From positions 62,001 through 123,663 of the forward strand of contig JAVECO010000054.1 in the NCBI GenBank assembly GCA_051942205.1: a stretch of 61,663 nt of DNA. Direction: 5' to 3'. The notes under the pieces were generated by a model. The model was given only the letters and a program-made list of their open reading frames with translations. It had not been told where the DNA came from and did no database searches. This DNA comes from Coniocarpon cinnabarinum (Eukaryota). Shown here one piece after another: positions 24,164 to 37,498 of this stretch (position 1 is the stretch's first letter; the number at the start of each line of letters is the position of its first letter). The position numbers and the translations under genes were made by a program.

Positions 24164-25848
24164 ATGGAGGAGACAGTTTTCTCTGCTTGCGCAGAACAAG
24201 ACCTCGATGACCATGGGATTCTGGAGACGATACTCCCACCAACGATCAGCAGCCCCGCGACACGCCCTATCTTACCTCGAGCGCCGTCCAGCTCCTATCC
24301 CTTATCTCCAAACGCACTGTGTGAGACGGTTGCTAGTAACACCCTGGCGCTTTCACCGCCTCACACTCCTCCACAGCAGTGTCATTACGGACTTGCAGAA
24401 CCAGTTCTACTGCCTCCGATTGAAATCAATATCAACTCCCTCCCAATCGTCCCAGTTTCGTCGACAGAAGCTTGCTCAGGAGACGCCATATCACGACCTC
24501 TGGCAACAAAACATACAATAACGCCGCCTGAAGACATTGAGCATTCTGGATGGCTCGGCGGACGAGAGGGCTTTGCTGCATCAGCACCCGCTCCTTTTGA
24601 ATCCGAAGAAGTAGCCACAGGAAGTATGTCTTCTGACTCGGCGGTCGTGGACCAAGGAGGTGCTGTTGCATCCACGTCTGCAAATCCAAATGATTTACCG
24701 CAAATGAGGCTCACATTGGATTGGCTTTCAGGAATAGTGGACGACATGTGTAGGTATTCTGCATCGATGGTTACTGCTAATCCGCTAACATATGTACAGA
24801 TACGTACAAAGATGATTACAAGATAGTTTCCCACATATTGCCGTGTCCCCACATAGAAAGTCACGCTTTTCGACGGGTTGTCTCGCACGTTTTGGAACGT
24901 CAAGCATCTCAAAATGGCTACACCACTGTCGTGCAAGCCGCGCCTCCTGAGAGCAAACCGACTACCCCACAAGCGTACCTTAACCACAACATCATATTTC
25001 TGGTTAAGACTGTGGATGATTTTTACCGCACTTATCCCGAGCATTTTGCTGCGCCAGGTAGCGTTCATCTAGCAGTTGTCGAACGAATCATTCCACCCTG
25101 TTTGGGTACGGAAATCGAAGAAATGTGGTCGGAAAGTACTGAGGGCTACATTGCTCGTAGGTTGCATGAGCTGAGCCACGAGGGTGTAAGTGCACAATGC
25201 GACACTTGCCACCAATGTTGCCCCATGGGGACCGAAAGAACGCGGAATTGCTGACTGTTGAGCTTCTAGGGTACGCTTGCATTCATGTATCCCACGAAAG
25301 CAGGCGCCCAGTCCTACTCGAAAGAATGTCGCGAGAGCGCTCTGGATCCCGTACTTCGTGCGCTGGTCACGCGCTACGATCTCAAGATACCTGATTTTTA
25401 CGAAGCCATCAGCAAGCTTTCGTGCACAAACGCAGTGCCAACTTTTCGCCAAATGCGTGCGAAAATGTCCGGACTGTGCTCCACCCTCAACTCATCTGAC
25501 GCAAGACCTCACTCTTGCGGGAATGTGAAACTCAACCTCATTCACGCTGCGCAAGTCGATGTTCACGTTGACCCGAGTGTCTGGATCAAGTTATTCATCG
25601 AGCAGGAGAGGCGCCACATCCAGGAAGCAGTGCAAGGGTACTACACGAGAGCCAAAGAAGCGCAGATGCTTCCAAAAGGAGACCACGACGAGGTCCTCCC
25701 TCAATACAGTCTCATAGCCGAGATTCTATCTGGGCTGGAGACGAGGGCTACTGAGCAGGACATGTGCGCCGATATCGAAGTCGGCATATTTGTGATCAAG
25801 AAGACGTCCAATGACTGTCCAGGGGTGGATGGAAGCGATGACATGTGA
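24164..25848 (+). CDS. Conserved hypothetical Pezizomycotina protein; 2 introns
   Basis: Three ORFs joined in frame by introns GTAGGT...GCTAAC...CAG and GTAAGT...GCTGAC...TAG; segments IVSHILPCP, VVERIIPP, FMYPTKAGA, LDPVLRAL. Confidence 0.75.
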
Positions 25849-26570
25849 AATTTGTGGCTACTAAAGTGCGATTGCACCCATGACTTTAAAGCTCGGACAG
25901 GTCTGATAGAGAAGAGCACCTGCTACGATGACAGATTGAGACTCGGAGATGTTCGCAGGTCGGCGACACGACCCAACACCTCACAAATCGCTGCATCCTG
26001 CTGCGGCAACTGCTGTGGTCCTGGACCGCTGTGGGATGACCGACCGGTAGCGCGCGGGAAAGAGGAACGACATGGGTGGACGAGGATTGCGAATAACGTT
26101 GTGGGAGTGGCCTGGGCCTCATGGTGATGACAAACGCTACCGTGAGTCAGCGTGGGAAGCTTGCACTTGAGTTATGCGCGAGGTGGCGGGACTCGCTCGG
26201 CTTCAATGACGTGCTCCTTGTAAAGCCCCTCCATCTCGTCATTTCATCTTGTAATCCATTGTAATCACAGCCAACAAGTTTCCATCCACGCCAGTTTGCA
26301 TCTGCACGACTGTATACTTATACACCGTCCTCGCTGCCCTTTTGCATTCCTTCCTCCACTCATCACAAGCAGCACCGCAACGTTTCTCACACAAAGCATA
26401 GTTCATAGACGAACCACAGCTGTACCTAGCCCACCCCACTCCGGCACTGTTCTTCCGTACGGCTTTGCAAGACTACATATATCGTAACGGCGTCCAAATC
26501 GATCGTCCGCCTGTCGTCTCTCGCCCACCACTTCGCCCCGCATCAGCCCACCACTGCCTCTTTTCACAAC

Positions 26571-27479
26571 ATGGCCAGCGTCACTACGCTCCATCCCACG
26601 CACACTGTCCCGCCGATTGTTCCCGCCGCCCAAGAGCCGCACGCCACACTCCCGACAGTCGCGCCCCAGACAGGCTTCATCCCGCGTGGTCCAGTGCGAG
26701 CAACGCTGAACTTCTTCAAGCCTCCTCAAGATGGTTCCAAGCCTTTCAACTTTGTCGAAACCCCACCAGAAGGCCAGCCCCAGCGCAACTTCCCCGACGA
26801 GGATGCCGAAGTGTCCATCTCCGACGCAAGAGGTCGTGAGAGCGAGTTTCACCTCGACCGTCATGCGTTCCAGGCACTGAGCGGCTACCCGCACAACCCT
26901 GCCATCAACTGGGAAGACGACGACAGCATCAAAAGAGTCTATTATCCAGAAGTTGAGCGCTTGCTCAAGGAACACACCGGTGGCAACAGGGTCCTCCTGT
27001 TTGACCACACCATCCGGCGGGCGGCACCGAATGCTCACCGCGGTCCGGTCAATCGCGCGCACATTGATCAGACGTCCTTCTCAGCGAAGCAGCGTGTGGA
27101 GTTTCACTTGCCCGATGAGGCGCCCGAGTTGCTGAAGGGCAGATACCGAATCATCAACGTGTGGCGTCCTTTGAACGGGGCGGTCGAGTCGCACCCGCTC
27201 GCGTTTGCAGACTCGTCCAGCGTGCCCCAGGGCGACATTGTACCCATTGAGCATCGCTACCCCACTCGCACGGGCGAGACGGCAGGTGTCAAGTTCAACG
27301 GAGCGCACCAGTGGTGGTACTTGAGCGGCATCGGCAACGACGAGAGACTGATGTTGCAGTGCTACGACAGCCAGGCCATGCAAAACCGAGTACCGCATTC
27401 GGCCTTTGTGGACCCAAGGAGCACCGAGGCGAGCAAGCCGCGGGAGAGCATTGAAGTGCGAGCGTTGGTGTTTGGGTAG
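26571..27479 (+). CDS. AsaB/CmcJ-like hydroxylase-desaturase family protein (often annotated methyltransferase-like)
   Basis: 302 aa; YYPEVE.LLK, FDHTIRR, AHIDQT, RIINVWRPL, PLAFAD, VPHSAF.DP, PRESIEVRALVF. Confidence 0.9.
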   Translation: MASVTTLHPTHTVPPIVPAAQEPHATLPTVAPQTGFIPRGPVRATLNFFKPPQDGSKPFNFVETPPEGQPQRNFPDEDAEVSISDARGRESEFHLDRHAFQALSGYPHNPAINWEDDDSIKRVYYPEVERLLKEHTGGNRVLLFDHTIRRAAPNAHRGPVNRAHIDQTSFSAKQRVEFHLPDEAPELLKGRYRIINVWRPLNGAVESHPLAFADSSSVPQGDIVPIEHRYPTRTGETAGVKFNGAHQWWYLSGIGNDERLMLQCYDSQAMQNRVPHSAFVDPRSTEASKPRESIEVRALVFG

Positions 27480-28073
27480 AGGCAGAAAGAGAGTTGAGAC
27501 GAAATTTCGAAGTCATGAAGCTGTTGAAGTTGGTGTATGGATACCAGAGGGGAGCCAATGATGTTTTTCTTGTACATCTAGTTACGCAACGAGTTGATTT
27601 ACTTACTTCATGAGTCTCCGACCCAGTGTTCTTGGCGACAAGTCATGTGTCCCGCGATCTGTTGGTAGTGCAGGCTATACGGAATAGTCAAGCCACTGCC
27701 GACAGAAACTTGCTGTGGCTGGGTGTCACGGGTGTGGCGTGGGAATCTGGCGGCTTTCTTTTCTTTGTACATGTTATGCCTACTGCCCTGGTTCGGAGAT
27801 CTGCCTTTGCTTCCACCTTGAACTATTTCACCACGAACCAACGAATACCTTACCACGCTCACTTCAAATTGCTCACTTCAAATTCCATTGTGTATGAAGA
27901 CTGTCAACCGTCATTCTGCCATCCGCCCTCTCGCCGCTACGTCCCCAACATCCCCCAACATCCATAAGCGACAAGCGCCATTTGCCGGCCCCACCTCCAC
28001 CATCGACCACCCCAAGGCCGCGCCTCGTACCTCGATGCTTTTCCAGATCTTCCCGTGATCGCCTCACGAAGCT

Positions 28074-29902
28074 ATGGCCGCTGCTGCTCCGAGTCAGCCC
28101 TTTACTGGCTTGACGTCCAGCACCGGCAATTACGCCCTCCACTTCAGTGATACGGCCCCGGGCCCTCGAGAGCCTGACAGGCGATTCTACAGCTTGCGAT
28201 GTACGGACAATTGACGGCGCTTGCGCTTTGTGGCTAGGAACACCAGCTGACTTACTGTCCAGATAATCACAAACCCAAGAAGCCTGCGAATAGTGCTCGT
28301 AAATCGACACTGAATGCCTCTCCTCAAAGCTCTGCTACTACCCTCAACATCACGGACACGCCCGAACATCCAAACCAAGAACCACAGGACGTCAAGGGAG
28401 ATTTCAGCTACAGTGGCGCCAAGCTCGAGTACGTCCATTCGACTGTACCATTCGCGCTGGTCTACGAGCCTGCCACAAATACCTTTACCCTGCAACGACT
28501 AGGCGCATCATACGCTTTTAATCTTGCGGGCAAGAGTGAACATGGGGATGCCATACTCAACGGAAACACGTTTGACAAGGCTGAGGGCAAGGCAGCGGAA
28601 CCGTTGACGAATGGCACTTCTCACCGTTCGTCGGCAAGCAGTGGCGCAACATCGCCAGCTGCCTCGCTTGCACAGGATGCGAGCGGTGCCGAAAGTGAGA
28701 CCGAGGCGCCAGACAAGGACAATCCATTCGACTGGCGTCACTACACCGCTGAGGTTCCGAGCACCACTGCTGAGGAGAAACCTAAGCTGAATGGCAGCAG
28801 CCCAGCGGTCGTACAAGCAGCCACGCCGGGGTCACGTACAGCATCGCCGCTCGCGCATTCCCGCGTGTCGTCCAGGACTCAGATATCTTCGCCCTCCGGA
28901 CCGAGACCGGCGTCGTCCAACGCGGTGAGACCTCAACAGGCACCTGCGAAACGTCGAGAGCCACCCACCAACCCTCTCCGCGCCCCGGCCTCCAACAAGA
29001 GACCTCGTAACACCTCTGCGGTCAGTGCCCCATCATCACAGTCACGACCCGTCACGCCTGCCATCAATGTCGAGACACCAACGCCCACTACCACCTCGGC
29101 GCCTTCCTTCAAGGGCCCTCGTCCTCACTCCCACTCGGCGCCTCAACGACCTGCTCTTCAGGCGGATCCCAATGAGCTGATCATCGAAGGCGAAGATGAT
29201 GATCCACCGTCTACTCGCCGACCTTATAGCCCAGGAGTACCTTCTTATATGACGCCACCAAGTGGACGTCCTATGTCCTTGCGCGAAGCCGCATCGCGGG
29301 GCGCTAGCCCGCTGATGCCTCCACGTTCCCGTCCTGCATACGGTCACAGCCGAGCCGGCAGCGGCGCCCTCAGTGGCCTCGGCATCAAAGGACTCCGCGA
29401 CGACACAGAAGTCATCGATTTCGGCGACAACGGGACAACCGGCAGTCGACGTAGCAATGGCGACGTGGATACAGATCTTGAGCTGGGCAGCCCTGCCTTT
29501 CATCATCGCGGATCCGAGACGTCTACAGCGAAGAAGCCCCGAGATCGAGCATTGAAAGACATCAGTCCTGGTGCTCATGCTACGAGCCCCGCTTATGCAC
29601 CCCAAAGCCCAGACGTGGCTCACATCGAGGACGATGCCGAGGCGGCTGAGAGGACTCGCCGGAGTAATACAGACGAGCTGGAGAGTGCGTTGCAGGATGC
29701 TCTGAGTGGCGGTGACGAAGTGGGGGCAGACGGTGGGGAGGGTGAGGAGGAAGAGGGAGAAGAAGAAGAAGAAGAAGAGGGCGGCGGGGGCGAAGAGGGC
29801 GACCAGGATTTGGGAGATGCGCTGGCGGAGGCGCTGATGGCGGCAGGCGGCGACGAGGGCAATGAGAGAGATAGTGATGATGAGGAAAGCGAAGCGGAGT
29901 GA
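28074..29902 (+). CDS. ELL-associated factor (EAF) N-terminal domain protein; 1 intron
   Basis: Exon join gives YSLR|YNHKPK then FSYSG...FALVYEPATNTFTLQRLGASYAFNL (EAF-like), followed by S/P-rich region and acidic tail ending EESEAE. Confidence 0.8.
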
Positions 29903-30279
29903 GCTTGACCCAAGTCTCACGCTTGCGTAGCGCAACTCTCAAAGCTTTTATGCTGGCATGAATGGGCCTCAAGATACTCATAGCAGTAGAAGAGCATTAA
30001 GATGAGACATACGCTCATACCTGCACCTTTCGACAACGTTTGATCCATCGTGACACGGTGACGTCGAGCATTATCATCTAACATCCGCCGGGCCTGATCG
30101 AGAATCTATTCCGCGTGAATCGCTGATTGATCCTCGCTCAGTCAGAAGTGGTGCATCTTGTAGTCAGCACGCATCTTTCATCCCTCTTTGACAAGTCTTT
30201 ATTTTTTTTTTCCGCGCAAGTCCTACAAGAGCCTTCCCATCAAAACAAACAGACGGCGGCCATCCGACCCCAATTTCAC

Positions 30280-31150
30280 TCGATGGAATGAATCAGTCCC
30301 ACGTTAAAAGCAAGCTGTCCAACGTCACCAAGCCATTCCAGGACGTTCAAGCTGCTGTAGTCATTTTCGAGCATGTGAAAAGCGTTCAGCCAGCGTCTTG
30401 AGGTGGATTCGCTCAAATTGACAAGATTCGTGATCCGAATTTTCGCAGTCTACTTGATTTGAGAGTCAAACCCATATTAGTCATACTCGCTTTCAACCGT
30501 GGCGTCCCTCTTTGGCATCATCGTCAAGGCAACAGACACCGGAAATGTCAGTGATGTACGGTCCTAGCGATTGCATTTACGCAAGCACAACCAAAAAAGT
30601 AGGGAATTGACTTGATTGTTCCATCGAAAGCGCGAATAGCTTGGCTGGCGCATCATCAAAGCTGGTCGTATCACAGTCTGTCCGCTAGACAAATCACAGT
30701 GGTTTTTTCATAACGGAATGTTGAACATTTACTGCTTGTACTCGCCCTTGCTCCTCGGAAAACGTCTCAAGAAACCCTGTCATCAGGATGCTGAATGATG
30801 ATTGTAGATAGTCATGCGACCCTCAAGTGAGAACTTAATATTTGCGAAGCAGATTGATGTTCTTTGTATATTCATTTTCTCAAATAGCCGAAGCCGATAC
30901 AACATCGGACAGGATATGCTCAACAGGCTCATTAGCAGGGAATCCTCATGGAGCTTGAGACCCCTGCTGACAAGATTTCTCAGAAGGTGTCCTTGGTGGA
31001 CATCTGAAAGCTTGACGTCAACTCTTTAGTGTGTAGTCTAAACAACCTGAGTGAGCACGTCATTCTGGAAAACATGGGTCACTTAGTCCCACATGAACAT
31101 TGATGAGAAAAGAAGCTCTACTCAAAGCAATCTCCAGGTAAGGATAGATT
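30280..31150 (-). pseudogene. Possible decayed BTB/POZ-like gene relic
   Basis: Interrupted minus-strand fragments FLINVHVG, KLSDVH/KDTF*EIL, VICLADRL*YDQL**CASQAI, WLNAFHMLENDY; resemblance by eye only. Confidence 0.25.
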
Positions 31151-31518
31151 GTAGCTGGCAGGCCATTAGATACATGAGCTGAAAGAGTTGTGGCTGGACA
31201 AAGAGATGATCAAGTGATAGACTGCCGCTGGCATCGTTGCAGATGGAAGGAAAAAGTCTGCAAGGTGTGCGCACCGTGGAATCTTGTGCCTACGGTTGTC
31301 TAAGTCGTTGAGGTAAAGGGGGTATCAAAATAGATGTAATAGATATGTTCCATCCCGACGTCGAATATTTGTCATACCCCTGCAATCATGGCATCGGTCC
31401 ACACTCAAAGATTCGGAGCGTGCATGCGTCAATGTCGTGGGGATCTTACACGAGGACGCAATGACCAGTGTCAACGGAGGCAGTCATATAACCATTGCCT
31501 CCTTGTGGCTGTTTGATT

Positions 31519-33099
31519 TCATGCAAAAGCTCGAAGTGGCGGGCTAGTTCTGCGAGCCTTGATGACATCGATCCCATGCATCCAAGGTCTTAACACATCC
31601 GGCACCTCCATCAACTGACGCTCTTCATCCCAGTAGCACTCTATGAGAGCCGCTAGAATGCGAGGTACGGCCAACGCAGTTCCATTCAGCGTCCATGGAT
31701 AGCCGAGTTTCTCACGTCCAGCCTGCTGATAACGGGTTGCCAAGCGTCGTGTCTGATAGTCCGTGCAATTTGACGTCGAGAAAACCTCACCGCATCCTCC
31801 ATCGCGATTATCGCGACGAGATGGAAAGTATACCTCCATGTCAATCTTGCGAGATGCGCTGGCTCCCAAATCGGTGCTTGGCATTTCCAGTATTTGAAAA
31901 TCAAGACCGAGGTCATTGAGAGTCTGGCGTTGAATATCAAGCATCTCCTTAAAGACCTCCTCACTTTGAGAGATTGCACTAGACGATGTGTCAAATGTTC
32001 CCGAGCTGTCATCACCCTGCTTGTCTGGTAGCGTCCAAGCGAACATTTCGACTTTGGTGAACTCATGGACGCGGTAGAGGCCTTTTGTGTCTGCTCCACG
32101 CGCACCAGCTTCGGCGCGGTAGCAGCGACTGACCGCGGCGGTCTTGCATGGAAGTTCGTGATCCTTGAAATGCGACTTTGCATGCAGAGCCGCAAGTGGT
32201 ATTTCCGACGTGCCGGCAAGAACTTGTGAGACATGCTCAGGATTTTCCTCGTCTGACTGTGAATGCTCGATGGTGTACACCTGCTGTTCATTGTTTTGAT
32301 CTCGAGGTTGAAAGCCGCAAGCATTGGCAACGTGCGTGTACACCATCGAGGGTGGTGACACTATCTGCCAGCCTCGCTTAACCAGCTGGGACAGAGCGTA
32401 TTGCACGAGCGCTTGCTCGAGCAAGGCGCCCTCAGCAGTGAGATAATACCATCCCCACCCGGTGCATATGTTTGCCTGACTAAAGCTGAGAATCCCAAGC
32501 TGCGCTCCGATGTCGACATGACTCTTCCCAAGTGTCGCGAACTTTGCTGGTGTGATGTTTTCGATCACATCCAGAATCCTAGCTTGGGTGCCATTGGGGG
32601 TATGGACACTGCTCAAATTGGGCAGCGAAAGCGACAACGCCTCGATTTCTTCGTAATTTTCTTTAGTCTTCTGGGAGTACGTGTCGAGCTCCTCTTTGAC
32701 CTGTCTTGCTTTTCTCCTGGCCTGCTTGAGCATCGGTTCATCATCGGCATTAGTCTTGTCTTCTGTTTCTGCCCCTTGTTCGTTGAAGTTGCGTATCTGC
32801 TCCTGCAGCTGCTTGAACTTGGCTCGAGGCGCTTTCAGGTCTTTTTCGACTCGCACAATCTCATCTCGAAGTCTAGCAATGCGGGACACGCTTTGCGCGT
32901 GATTCACATAGTTTCGCTCGATGCAGTTCTGCTCATACAGAGCTGAGTTCTGAACGATGTGCTTAACATCTATGGAGGGTTTAGGGGCAAAGGTGGGCTG
33001 GTGATAATGACGGTTTGCTTGAACAGAGTGCGTAAGAAAGACGCCGCCAGCGTCATCAATGCATCTAGCGCATCTGGCGAGGCACGTTGGCGTCCTCAT
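31519..33099 (-). CDS. DIA4: Mitochondrial seryl-tRNA synthetase
   Basis: LAGTSEIPL, CYRAEAGARG.DTKGLYRVHEFTKVEMF, DLGASA.RK.D.E, SNCTDYQTRRL, TLNGTALAVPR; basic N-terminal presequence. Confidence 0.93.
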   Translation of the reverse strand: MRTPTCLARCARCIDDAGGVFLTHSVQANRHYHQPTFAPKPSIDVKHIVQNSALYEQNCIERNYVNHAQSVSRIARLRDEIVRVEKDLKAPRAKFKQLQEQIRNFNEQGAETEDKTNADDEPMLKQARRKARQVKEELDTYSQKTKENYEEIEALSLSLPNLSSVHTPNGTQARILDVIENITPAKFATLGKSHVDIGAQLGILSFSQANICTGWGWYYLTAEGALLEQALVQYALSQLVKRGWQIVSPPSMVYTHVANACGFQPRDQNNEQQVYTIEHSQSDEENPEHVSQVLAGTSEIPLAALHAKSHFKDHELPCKTAAVSRCYRAEAGARGADTKGLYRVHEFTKVEMFAWTLPDKQGDDSSGTFDTSSSAISQSEEVFKEMLDIQRQTLNDLGLDFQILEMPSTDLGASASRKIDMEVYFPSRRDNRDGGCGEVFSTSNCTDYQTRRLATRYQQAGREKLGYPWTLNGTALAVPRILAALIECYWDEERQLMEVPDVLRPWMHGIDVIKARRTSPPLRAFA

Positions 33100-33511
33100 G
33101 CCATGGCCCAAAGCACGGCATCAAGATACAAGTTACGAGAACGCTAATTATCATGTCTGACTGCAAAGAGTTTCTACCTACGGCAATTGTTGAAAGATAT
33201 TTTCGGCAGGGTAGCGCGCTGCAATTGGTGCATCTACTTCGGAAGTCCCAGACGAAGTCGACCGACGATCAATGGCTCTAGTAATACAATCTGACAATCT
33301 GACAGTCATCAGTTCTCCTGGCTTAATTTGGAGCAGGCAGAACTGTATCCTACTTGTCGGTCACTCGTAGGAAAGGGTGTGGGTCACCGAAAACTTTCTC
33401 CTTTGATACTCAAGGGCTGCTTGACGCATGTTTGGGTCCAGTGTTCCCAGATGGCCTGGCGAATCTATTCAAGTGTTGTATTTCGTCAAATCTGAAAGAT
33501 GCTCAGCCGTA

Positions 33512-34728
33512 TCAAGCGTTCCGCCGTGCCTTCCTCTGTTGAACCTTGCTCTCCTCCAGCTCCACCACCGTCTGACCTTTTCCATCCAATGTCTTGCGGG
33601 TTTGAATACTTATTGACCCCTTGCCCTCTGCTTCGGGTGACTGACGGTCCTCTTCATACCTCTTGGGGCCCCTTTCCTTACCTTTGACTCCCTTTGTTCC
33701 TATTGGCGGCTCGAACCTTGCGCGCAAAGTTTCAATCATCTTCCCGAACCAGTAGAAGTTCAGTATCATGAGCGTGCTGTAGCTGATCGTATACAGTCCC
33801 ACATACCATACAGGAGATGGCTTAGGCATAGTTCGTCGCACGTATTCAAGGTCTATGCCCCCGACCGGAGAATGCAAAGCGTTTTCTGCTGCTGCAAGAG
33901 TAGTCACATTCGCTTCGGCTTCCGTAAACCACTCTCTGCCGCTAACTGTGCCTTGGAAGTTCACTGCTTGGAACATGTCGGGAAAGACACTGAAGCAGTT
34001 GTAGCCACCCCACACCAATCGACTGCCGGCGAATGTGCTCATTAGGATGATGCCATTTATGAGCTGGGCGGTGGAACCCGTCATGCCCAGCTTGTCAAAG
34101 AACCAGTGAAAGTTGAGAAATGGGCTGGAGAGCTCAAAGAGAATGAAGACAGGCGCATACCATGTCACAAGAGGACGCTGTCGAGGCCATCAGTCTCATA
34201 TTTTATGTTTGGTTAAGCGGAACCACGCGAAGTGCAGTGACTTACAAAGCCGGCACCATATGCTGTAAGTGCAGCAATCGCATGCGCCATCATACCAGGC
34301 CCAAAGACATTCATATGTAACGCAGTCATGATAAAATCCCAAAGGAAATATCCACATGCTAGCGAAACAACCAGTGCGTTTGCGGCATCGTAGCCATAGA
34401 CTCTCATTTTCCAATCCGACGACCCTCGCTCTGTGTCGTAAACTAGGATCCACAGTGCCAGCGCTGTTATCAGGATCGATTGTACGAGCGACACGACGTG
34501 CACATTCCAATTCAATCTTGTTCGCTTGTCAAAACCGCCGTATGTCTGGGGAAAGAGACGCCGAGAAAGGGCTGGGGAGATAAGTGCATAGATGATATGG
34601 TAGCTGACAGCGGAGATGAGGACCTCGTGTATATGGTACGGAAGGGCGGCGAGAGAAACACGATCCGCATACGGCGCAGTGAATGAGACAAGGCTCTGTG
34701 GCGCCGCAACAGGGAACGGGTTCTTCAT
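33512..34728 (-). CDS. TLC (TRAM/LAG1/CLN8) domain membrane protein, TMEM56/Tda4-like; 1 intron
   Basis: WNVHVVSLVQS, GYFLWD, GF|RPLV, FELSSPFLNFHWFFDKLGMTGS, LNFYWFGKMI. Confidence 0.9.
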
Positions 34729-35285
34729 GCTGCTTTAACGAGGTTCTGCTTCCCGACGCTGGGTGTCTGTTACAACTAGGGCGGTGGGGCAGGAGCCTTT
34801 GTAAGGATATCAGTGAACGAACAAGACCCTCAAGATCTTTGAGTCACTTGAAAGGGCATAGTGAATTTGTGACTGGGGCAAGTGACCTGCAATGAGCTGC
34901 GTGGGATCACGTCAACAACAGGACTGTCAGATCTGTGACTAGGGTATGCATCACAGGCACGTTGCCAATCTTCACAGCTGCCCGCATCTCGGCTTTGTCA
35001 CAATTTCGCTCGGCCCGAGACCTCCGATTTGGGGATGGTGGAAAAAGTCACCTGATGGATGTATTCTGTCTAATGGCCTCGCAGACATGACCAGCTTCTC
35101 CTGCCTGTTGATTGCGTGGAACTTGTCGCAAGCAGCATTTATATTGATAGTGTCAACAATGGCCTGCTGCAAAATGATAGGCACCCATGGCACTGGCTCC
35201 AGCAGCTGAGATACCCACAACCAGTTCCTCCCAACGCCACGCTAATCTGTACCTATCAGTCGATTCGTTCTTGCGTGCCATCCTC

Positions 35286-37046
35286 CTAAGAAGCAGCTGC
35301 ACCTCGCTGCCGACTGGCGTCTTGCTTCATCAAATATGAACCCACGCCTTCCCACGCCTCGTTGGTACCCCAAGGGCCGTGGCCTCCGCCCTGACGCCAC
35401 TCTGCGCTTTGCCAATCTTCTTCTCCCCAAGGTCCCGCACCCAAGATGATGTCCATGTCGCGCTTCTGGCTGCTCGTCCACCGCTTGATGAAATTGGCCG
35501 GATCTTTGCTCATGGACGAAAAAAAGCCGTGCTTTGCTTTAGCTTGATTCATACTTTGAACGACAATAGCTAAACGGTTGTCCACGTCGACAATTCTCTG
35601 AAGGTCGGCAATATGAGCTCGAGGGCTGATAGTAGAGGCCATCTGATCTCTGGTGGGATTTTCAACTGTGACCGGGATGTCGTAGATGGTAGGAGGGCTA
35701 GGCTTGTCGCCGCTGTGGAAGGCCTTATCGACTCGTATAGTATAAGGGAGTGAGAGTGGTGGTGCGTCAAATAGTACTGCATTAGCTAGTTGTGGCAATT
35801 CTGGCAGGTAGAGGCTGTCACCGCAGTTCAGTGCCTAGAGATGAATGTCAATGAACTTTTCTGCATGGTGAAATGAAAAGGGCTCAAGCATACGTCTTTC
35901 AATGCCTGGTCGCACTGGACATGGCGGCCGTTGCTACCTTCGCTGTGTAGTTTGGCAACTTTGATGTACTCCCAGAGACCCATGAGGACTGTTTTGCGAT
36001 CAGCAAGTTCCATGCCGAGTAACCTTGCCAGTGTCGGTGCGAGCTTCATCTTCGGGTTCTGTTCGTCACGCGTGAGATTGATTGTGATGTTGATGTTCTC
36101 GTCGCCTTTCCGCTGGAACTCGAGTACGTCGAAATCTGCTGCTCGCTGATCCGTGGAAGCGTTTGCGCTAGCTTTATCCCACGCAATGCCTGTGTAATTA
36201 TCTGGTTGCAACGCCGCAGAGCGGTCAAAGTCGATCGTGATGGCCTTGAAAAAGCCTGACAGCTTTTTGGGTGGTTTGATATCAGATGAAAGGCGTGGTC
36301 GTTTCGAGGCTGGTTCCCTATCCTCGTCTTTGTCTGCTGAGGGTCCGGACTCTTCCTTACTTTCCTCCGTCGTACCATCCTGTCGTTGACTGCTCAGGAG
36401 CTTGCCCTCAATCTTCACCTTGAATGTCGCCTCAACATTGCTGGAAAAGTCAAACGCGTCGTGATCCATTACGTTGTTCTGCTGCCATGGCTGGTTCTCT
36501 ACGGTGTTGGAGATCCATAATCTTAGCGTGCCTTTCCCAGCTGGACTCGTCTGTATCGAATCTTGAATGTCAATCCTCTTGCGCATCATGATGGCGTCGA
36601 GCTGCTGCTCGAGCGCTCTCAGTTGGTTGTAATTTTCAGCGGCCTTCTCCGGAACCAATTTCTCGATACCATCAGGTAGGTTCCGGTCGGTGGGCTGCAC
36701 AGCCCGTCGCTTGGCCAACTCCATTTGACTTCGTTCTCGGTACGCCTGCTCGTAATATTCATGTGGAGGGGGACCGCGAGGCTGTTGCGGGTTGGGAGCC
36801 ATGCCGCCAGGACCTGAGCGGCCAACAGTGGCCTCGAGGTCAGCCCTGCTAATCATACGTCTGTGCGCCATCAGGGCGGTGGGGCACCCGGGGCGCAGAT
36901 TCCGCACGCGGCTCTTGCCCAAATAGCAATGATGACGAACGAGGATGATGCTTGTCCCCAACGCGTCGTACGGTGCACGAGCATAACATACCTTTGCGCG
37001 ATGGTTGCGGGCCCTGTGGCGGATAATTCCGTGGATAGGGTTGCAT
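35286..37046 (-). CDS. SNF12: SWI/SNF and RSC complex subunit Snf12/Ssr3 (SWIB domain, BAF60 family); 2 introns
   Basis: PTDRNLPDG, LDAIMMRKRIDIQD, LRLWISNTVENQPWQ, FQRKGDENINITINL, LWEYIK, DPANFIKRWTSSQKRD. Confidence 0.93.
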
Positions 37047-37498
37047 CTTGGACGGGCTTGGCGTCGGACTCTTGAAGATGGACACTGTTGTGATCTATTG
37101 TTGAAGCTCAGAGGACGATAGCAGAAGAACGCACAATGGCGCAGTCGTGGCCAGGATGATACGGGGTACATGGAAAATGAGGCTGAGGGTAATCGGGAAT
37201 GCAAACGAGCTGAGCTCCCACTTCGCCTTGCAACAGGTGGGGTCGCCGATGCTTTTCACCTGCAGAATGATTGATTCCTGGAAAGTCTTTGTTATTTGTC
37301 ACGATCCCTAGCACGAATCGGCTGACTCTGAGTCGAGTTTCTGCAAAGCTGTAGAGGCGGGCAGCTGCATTTCGCTTCTGGTTTCCTTCTTTCAGATATT
37401 CTTGCAGTTGACATCTCTATTCCTTGTACAATTGCTTGTTCACCGTCTCACTTCCTTCAAGCTTGAAGTCTCTCACTTTAGTGACGCTCAGGCCAGTC

